From the NCBI GenBank assembly GCA_043821985.1, contig JBDRCF010000012.1, positions 40,471 through 104,470 of the forward strand: DNA of 64,000 nt, written 5' to 3'. Positions 59,789-64,000 of the stretch are shown piece after piece. The notes beneath the pieces were generated by a model that worked only from the letters and a program-made list of their open reading frames with translations, searched no databases and had not been told where the DNA came from. The position numbers and the translations under genes are program-made. Position 1 is the first letter of the stretch; each line of letters starts with the position of its first letter. The stretch comes from Pseudomonadota bacterium (GTDB lineage Bacteria; Pseudomonadota; Gammaproteobacteria; Burkholderiales; Thiobacillaceae).

Positions 59789-61174
59789 ATGAAAACCCTA
59801 TCGCTGACAGCCCGGATCAGCCTGCTTTTCGCGGTGGCCGCTTCCCTGGTCCTGCTGACGACGGGTTATTTCCTGACGCAAGTGGTGGAGGCCCATTTCG
59901 AGGAGGAGGACCGGCACGAGCTCAACGGCAAGCTGGAACTCATCGAGAATTTGTTCGAGCACACCCACAGCCAGGCGGATCTCAATCTTCTGCCCCGGCA
60001 ACTGGATGACGCCCTGGTCGGCCATCATGGTCTCGCCGTGGCGGTCATGGATGCGACGGGCGATGTCTGGTTTGCTACCTCCGGGGCTGAGTTTCCACAA
60101 ACATTGGTGAATGACTGCCAGGCCCAACCGGCAAGGTGTACGTCCGGCGCCTTGCGGCAGTGGAAGCAAGCGGGGTTGAGCTACCGGGGCATGGCCGTGT
60201 CGATGACGACAGGCAGTGGCAAGCCTTACACCGTGGCTGTGGCGCTGGACATCGAGCACCATGAGCTCTTCATGAACACATTCCGCTCAGTGCTGGCGCT
60301 CGCCATCGCTTTGGCCGCGCTGACTACCGCCAGTCTCGGCTGGGTGGTCACCCGATTGGGACTTTCCCCTTTGCGTCAGGTCACCGACATGGTGGCGGGC
60401 ATGTCCGCCGAGCGTCTGTCGGAGCGCCTGCCGACTGCCCGTTTGCCGGCGGAACTCAAGCCGCTCGCAACCGCTTTCAACACCATGCTGGCCCGTCTGG
60501 ACGATTCCTTCCGGCGGCTTTCCGCGTTCTCATCCGACATCGCGCACGAACTGCGCACCCCCATTTCCAACCTGATGACTCAGACCCAGGTGGCGCTTTC
60601 CAGCGCACGCGGCAACGACGAATACAAGGAAGTCCTGTATTCCAGTCTGGAGGAATATGAGCGCATGGCGCAGATGGTTGGTGACATGCTCTATCTTGCC
60701 CAGGCTGACAATGGCCTGCTCAAACCGGGCCTGAAAAGCGTTAGCCTGACCAATGAAATGAAGGACTTGTTTGATTACTTTGAAGCCTGGGCGGAGGAGC
60801 GCGGTGTTTCCCTGGCCCAGACAGGCACCGCTACCGTGCCTGGCGACCGGCTGATGCTGCGGCGTGCACTCAGCAATCTCGTGTCGAACGCCATTCGGCA
60901 TACCCCGCATGGCCAGACCGTGCGCGTATCGCTGGCAATGCACGGCGATAAAGCCATCGTTACCGTCGAGAACCCGGGCTCCGAAATCCCGGCCGAACAT
61001 CTTCCCAGACTGTTCGACCGCTTCTACCGCGTCGATCCTTCGCGTCAGCGCAAAGGTGATGGCGCCGGGCTGGGGCTTGCCATTGTCAAATCCATTGTTG
61101 AGGCGCATGGCGGCTCAATCGCAGTGGCATCCACTGATCAATCTACACGGTTCCAACTCACATTGCCTACGTGA
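59789..61174 (+). CDS. cusS: Heavy-metal sensor histidine kinase (CusS/CopS/CzcS family)
   Basis: Two TM segments, HAMP, FSSDIAHELRTPISNL, SNAIRHTP, GAGLGLAIV. Confidence 0.93.
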   Translation: MKTLSLTARISLLFAVAASLVLLTTGYFLTQVVEAHFEEEDRHELNGKLELIENLFEHTHSQADLNLLPRQLDDALVGHHGLAVAVMDATGDVWFATSGAEFPQTLVNDCQAQPARCTSGALRQWKQAGLSYRGMAVSMTTGSGKPYTVAVALDIEHHELFMNTFRSVLALAIALAALTTASLGWVVTRLGLSPLRQVTDMVAGMSAERLSERLPTARLPAELKPLATAFNTMLARLDDSFRRLSAFSSDIAHELRTPISNLMTQTQVALSSARGNDEYKEVLYSSLEEYERMAQMVGDMLYLAQADNGLLKPGLKSVSLTNEMKDLFDYFEAWAEERGVSLAQTGTATVPGDRLMLRRALSNLVSNAIRHTPHGQTVRVSLAMHGDKAIVTVENPGSEIPAEHLPRLFDRFYRVDPSRQRKGDGAGLGLAIVKSIVEAHGGSIAVASTDQSTRFQLTLPT

Positions 61175-61274
61175 GGAGAATGGTGAGAGCGATCACTGTT
61201 GACCGATTCAGGAAAATCGAGCAACCGTTGGCGAGTGTCCGTTATCGCACCTCATAAGCGAAGCTGTAGACGCA

Positions 61275-61295
61275 AGCCACGACTGTCCGTTCAGG
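61275..61295. repeat. Right copy of 21-bp inverted repeat bounding the metal cassette
   Basis: AGCCACGACTGTCcgTTCAGG. Confidence 0.55.
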
Positions 61296-61467
61296 GCCCC
61301 CTGCTACAGGGGAAATCAGAAAGCTGCCGTTCAATGAGATTTCCTGGCCGATGTCCAGTAACGAATTGCATAGCGGAAGTAGTTGGCTAAATTTTCATCG
61401 GCAGCCTCGCCGAACAAGAGACGGTCTGACACCTCAACCTGAACATCCTCTCCTGGCCGTCGGCCGC

Positions 61468-61595
61468 CGCACCAATTTGCAGCACATCCCCCCACTCATG
61501 CACTGCGGTTGAGCGTACCCCCCGCATCGTGCCTTGCCGCACTTCATCAAACTATTGAATTCATTACGCTGTGCCGCCTTGGCACAGACCCTGCT
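61468..61595 (+). promoter_or_regulatory. Sigma54 promoter with NtrC-like and IHF-like sites
   Basis: TTGGCAC-N5-CTGCT (61579-61595); cGCACCAattTGCAGCA (61468-61484) and TGCACTgcggTTGAGCG (61499-61515); CATCAA-N4-TTG (61545-61557). Confidence 0.8.
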
Positions 61596-61618
61596 GACGG
61601 ACAGGGCAAGGAGTCATC

Positions 61619-64000
61619 ATGTCTGTCGTTTCATCTGTCTGCTGTTATTGCGGCACCGGCTGCGGGGTGCTGGTCGAAACCGACGCCGGGAAGATCACCG
61701 GCGTGCGCGGCGATCCCGCGCACCCGGTGAACCGGGGCAAGCTCTGCACCAAGGGCGCGACGCTCGCCCTGTCGACGGCTGCGAGCGGACGTGTCTTGTA
61801 TCCCGCACTGCGTACCGAGAAGGGCGCGCCGCGCCGGCGCGTGAACTGGGGGGTGGCGCTTGATCATGTCGCCGAGAAATTCCGCGCGGTCATCCGGGAA
61901 CATGGCCCCGATGCGGTGGCGTTCTATATTTCCGGCCAGCTCACCACCGAGGCGTACTACGTCTTCAACAAGCTTGCCAAGGGGCTGATCGGCACCAACA
62001 ACGTCGACACCAATTCGCGCCTGTGCATGTCGTCCGCGGTGGCGGGCTACAAGGTCACGCTGGGTGCCGATTCGCCGCCGGGCTGCTACGACGACATCGA
62101 TCACGCAGGCACGATTTTCATCGCCGGATCGAACACGGCCTATGCGCATCCGATCCTGTTCCGCCGCATCGAGGCGGCGCGCAAGGCCAACCCGGACCTG
62201 AAGCTGATCGTGGTCGATCCGCGCCGCACCGACACTGCGGCCGAGGCCGACCTGCATCTCGCCATCCTTCCCGGCACCGACGTCGCGCTGTATCACGCCA
62301 TGCTCAACGTCATGCTGTGGGAGGAGCTGATCGACCGCGACGCCATTGCGGCGCACACCGAAGGCTGGGAGGCGTTGCGCGACCAGGTACGCGACTACAC
62401 GCCGGAAAAAATGGCGTCGATCTGCGGCGTGGCGGCGGCCGACATCGTGCAGGCGGCGCGCTGGTTCGCGGCCGGGCCGACGCTGTCGCTGTATTGCCAG
62501 GGATTGAACCAGTCGAGCTGCGGTGTCGACAAGAACGCCGCGCTGATCAACCTGCACCTGGCCACGGGCCAGATCGGCAAGCCGGGCGCCGCGCCGCTGT
62601 CGCTCACCGGCCAGCCCAACGCGATGGGCGGACGCGAGGTCGGCGGGCTCGCCAATCTGCTGTCCGCGCACCGCGATCTTGCCGATCCCGGACACCGTGC
62701 CGAGGTTGCGCGCCTGTGGGGGGTGGACGCGGTGCCGGCGACGCCGGGCAAGACCGCGGTGGAAATGTTCGAAGCCGTGCGCAGCGGCGAAATCAAGGCG
62801 ATCTGGATCGCCTGTACCAACCCCGCGCAATCGCTGCCCAACCAGCATCGGGTCCAGGAAGCCCTGCAGGCGGCCGAATGCGTGGTGTTGCAGGAAGCGT
62901 TTGCCGACACCGAGACCGTGGCCTTTGCCGACGTGCTGCTGCCGGCTGCCAGCTGGGGTGAGCAGGACGGCACCATGACCAATTCCGAACGCTGCATTTC
63001 GCGCGTGCACGCGGCGGTGCCGCCGCCGGGCGAGGCGCATGCCGACTGGGCCATCGTGACCGCGTTCGCGCGCCGGCTGGTGCCGGGCGAGGGCGCGCGG
63101 CTGTTCCCCTATGACAGCGCCGAAGCCGTGTTCAACGAACATCGCGAGACCACGCGAGGCCGCGATCTCGACATCACGGGCCTGTCCTATACGCTGCTGG
63201 ACCAGGCGCCGCAGCAATGGCCGTTTCCCGAGGGGGCGTCCGCCGGTCAGCCGCGCTTGTATGCCGACGGCGCCTATCCCACCGCCAGCGGACGGGCGCA
63301 CTTTCATGCCGTACCGTATCGTCCGGTGGCCGAGGCGATCGACGCGCGCTATCCCTTGCACCTCAATACCGGCCGCCTGCGCGACCAGTGGCACGCGATG
63401 AGCCGCACCGGCCGCGTCGCGCGTCTGTTCGCCCACGCCGACACGCCGCTGTTGTCGATGGCGCCGCGCGACATGGAGTTGCGCCGCTTGAACCCAGGCG
63501 ACCTGGTGCGCGTAAAAAGCCGTCGCGGCGACGTGGTGGTGGCGGTCGAGGCCAGCGACAGCCTGCGCCCCGGGCAGTGTTTCCTGCCGATGCATTGGGG
63601 CGCGCGTTTCATGGGCGGGCTGGGGATCAATGCACTGACCCTGCCGACTTTCGATGCGATGTCGAAGCAGCCGGAACTCAAGCATGCCGCCGTGCAGGTG
63701 ACGAAGGCCGACCTGCCCTGGCGCATGGCCGCCCTGGCAGTGGGCGACGGCGCGAAGCTGCTCGATGCCGTGCAGCCGCTGCTGCGCGCGTGCGATTACG
63801 CGGCCGCCGGGCTGGCGGGCCGCGAACGCGACGTGCTGACCCTGCGCCTGGCGCATACGCAAGCGCTGCCGGAATCCCTGCTGGCGGCGCTCGATACCGC
63901 GCTGGGGCTGGACGATCCGCTTGCAGTGATGCATTACCAGGACCGCCCGCGCGGCATTTCCAAACGCGTGCGCGTCGAATCCAACAAGGTCGTCGCCGCG
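61619..64000 (+). CDS. nasA: Assimilatory nitrate reductase catalytic subunit, 3' end beyond window
   Basis: Hand-translated: CCYCGTGCG...GKLCTKG Fe-S motif, FYISGQLTTE.YYVFNKLAKG, DTNSRLCMSSAV, SLTGQPNAMGGREVGG, LNTGRLRDQWH; AAGGAG RBS; absent from the ORF track because there is no stop in the window. Confidence 0.95.
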   Translation, partial: MSVVSSVCCYCGTGCGVLVETDAGKITGVRGDPAHPVNRGKLCTKGATLALSTAASGRVLYPALRTEKGAPRRRVNWGVALDHVAEKFRAVIREHGPDAVAFYISGQLTTEAYYVFNKLAKGLIGTNNVDTNSRLCMSSAVAGYKVTLGADSPPGCYDDIDHAGTIFIAGSNTAYAHPILFRRIEAARKANPDLKLIVVDPRRTDTAAEADLHLAILPGTDVALYHAMLNVMLWEELIDRDAIAAHTEGWEALRDQVRDYTPEKMASICGVAAADIVQAARWFAAGPTLSLYCQGLNQSSCGVDKNAALINLHLATGQIGKPGAAPLSLTGQPNAMGGREVGGLANLLSAHRDLADPGHRAEVARLWGVDAVPATPGKTAVEMFEAVRSGEIKAIWIACTNPAQSLPNQHRVQEALQAAECVVLQEAFADTETVAFADVLLPAASWGEQDGTMTNSERCISRVHAAVPPPGEAHADWAIVTAFARRLVPGEGARLFPYDSAEAVFNEHRETTRGRDLDITGLSYTLLDQAPQQWPFPEGASAGQPRLYADGAYPTASGRAHFHAVPYRPVAEAIDARYPLHLNTGRLRDQWHAMSRTGRVARLFAHADTPLLSMAPRDMELRRLNPGDLVRVKSRRGDVVVAVEASDSLRPGQCFLPMHWGARFMGGLGINALTLPTFDAMSKQPELKHAAVQVTKADLPWRMAALAVGDGAKLLDAVQPLLRACDYAAAGLAGRERDVLTLRLAHTQALPESLLAALDTALGLDDPLAVMHYQDRPRGISKRVRVESNKVVAA

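Noticed and set aside
61631-63934. 767-aa minus-strand ORF
   Set aside because: Antisense shadow of the nitrate reductase on the + strand; no recognisable motifs.

Overview
High-GC betaproteobacterial chromosome segment. The gene content (DsrC-like protein, rhodaneses, persulfide dioxygenase, assimilatory nitrate reductase) fits a Thiobacillus-like sulfur oxidiser, which is my inference. No rRNA, tRNA, CRISPR array or intact transposase is visible. From left to right: a redox/iron-stress block (LysR, DsrC-like, HPP, ferritin-like, frameshifted ZIP, katG, ClC, oxyR); modABC/modE; metR-metE; phoX-like; an RND pump; rubrerythrin-rubredoxin-reductase; a minimal merR + GDCCVxC unit; queD; an uncharacterised Crp/Fnr-controlled cell-envelope cluster (28.5-34.3 kb); a persulfide-handling island with two ArsR-rhodanese regulators and decayed PLP-enzyme genes; Hsp20 and two diguanylate cyclases; a 12.4 kb copper/heavy-metal cassette bounded by inverted repeats and carrying a MITE; and the start of a sigma54/NtrC-driven nitrate reductase. 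The best candidate for an undescribed system is the Crp/Fnr cluster. It encodes a three-barrel outer-membrane protein and three secreted proteins, two of which share a Lys/Gly-rich 'KIF' leader, and it carries three Fnr-type boxes. All family calls come from recognising motifs by eye; no searches were run.
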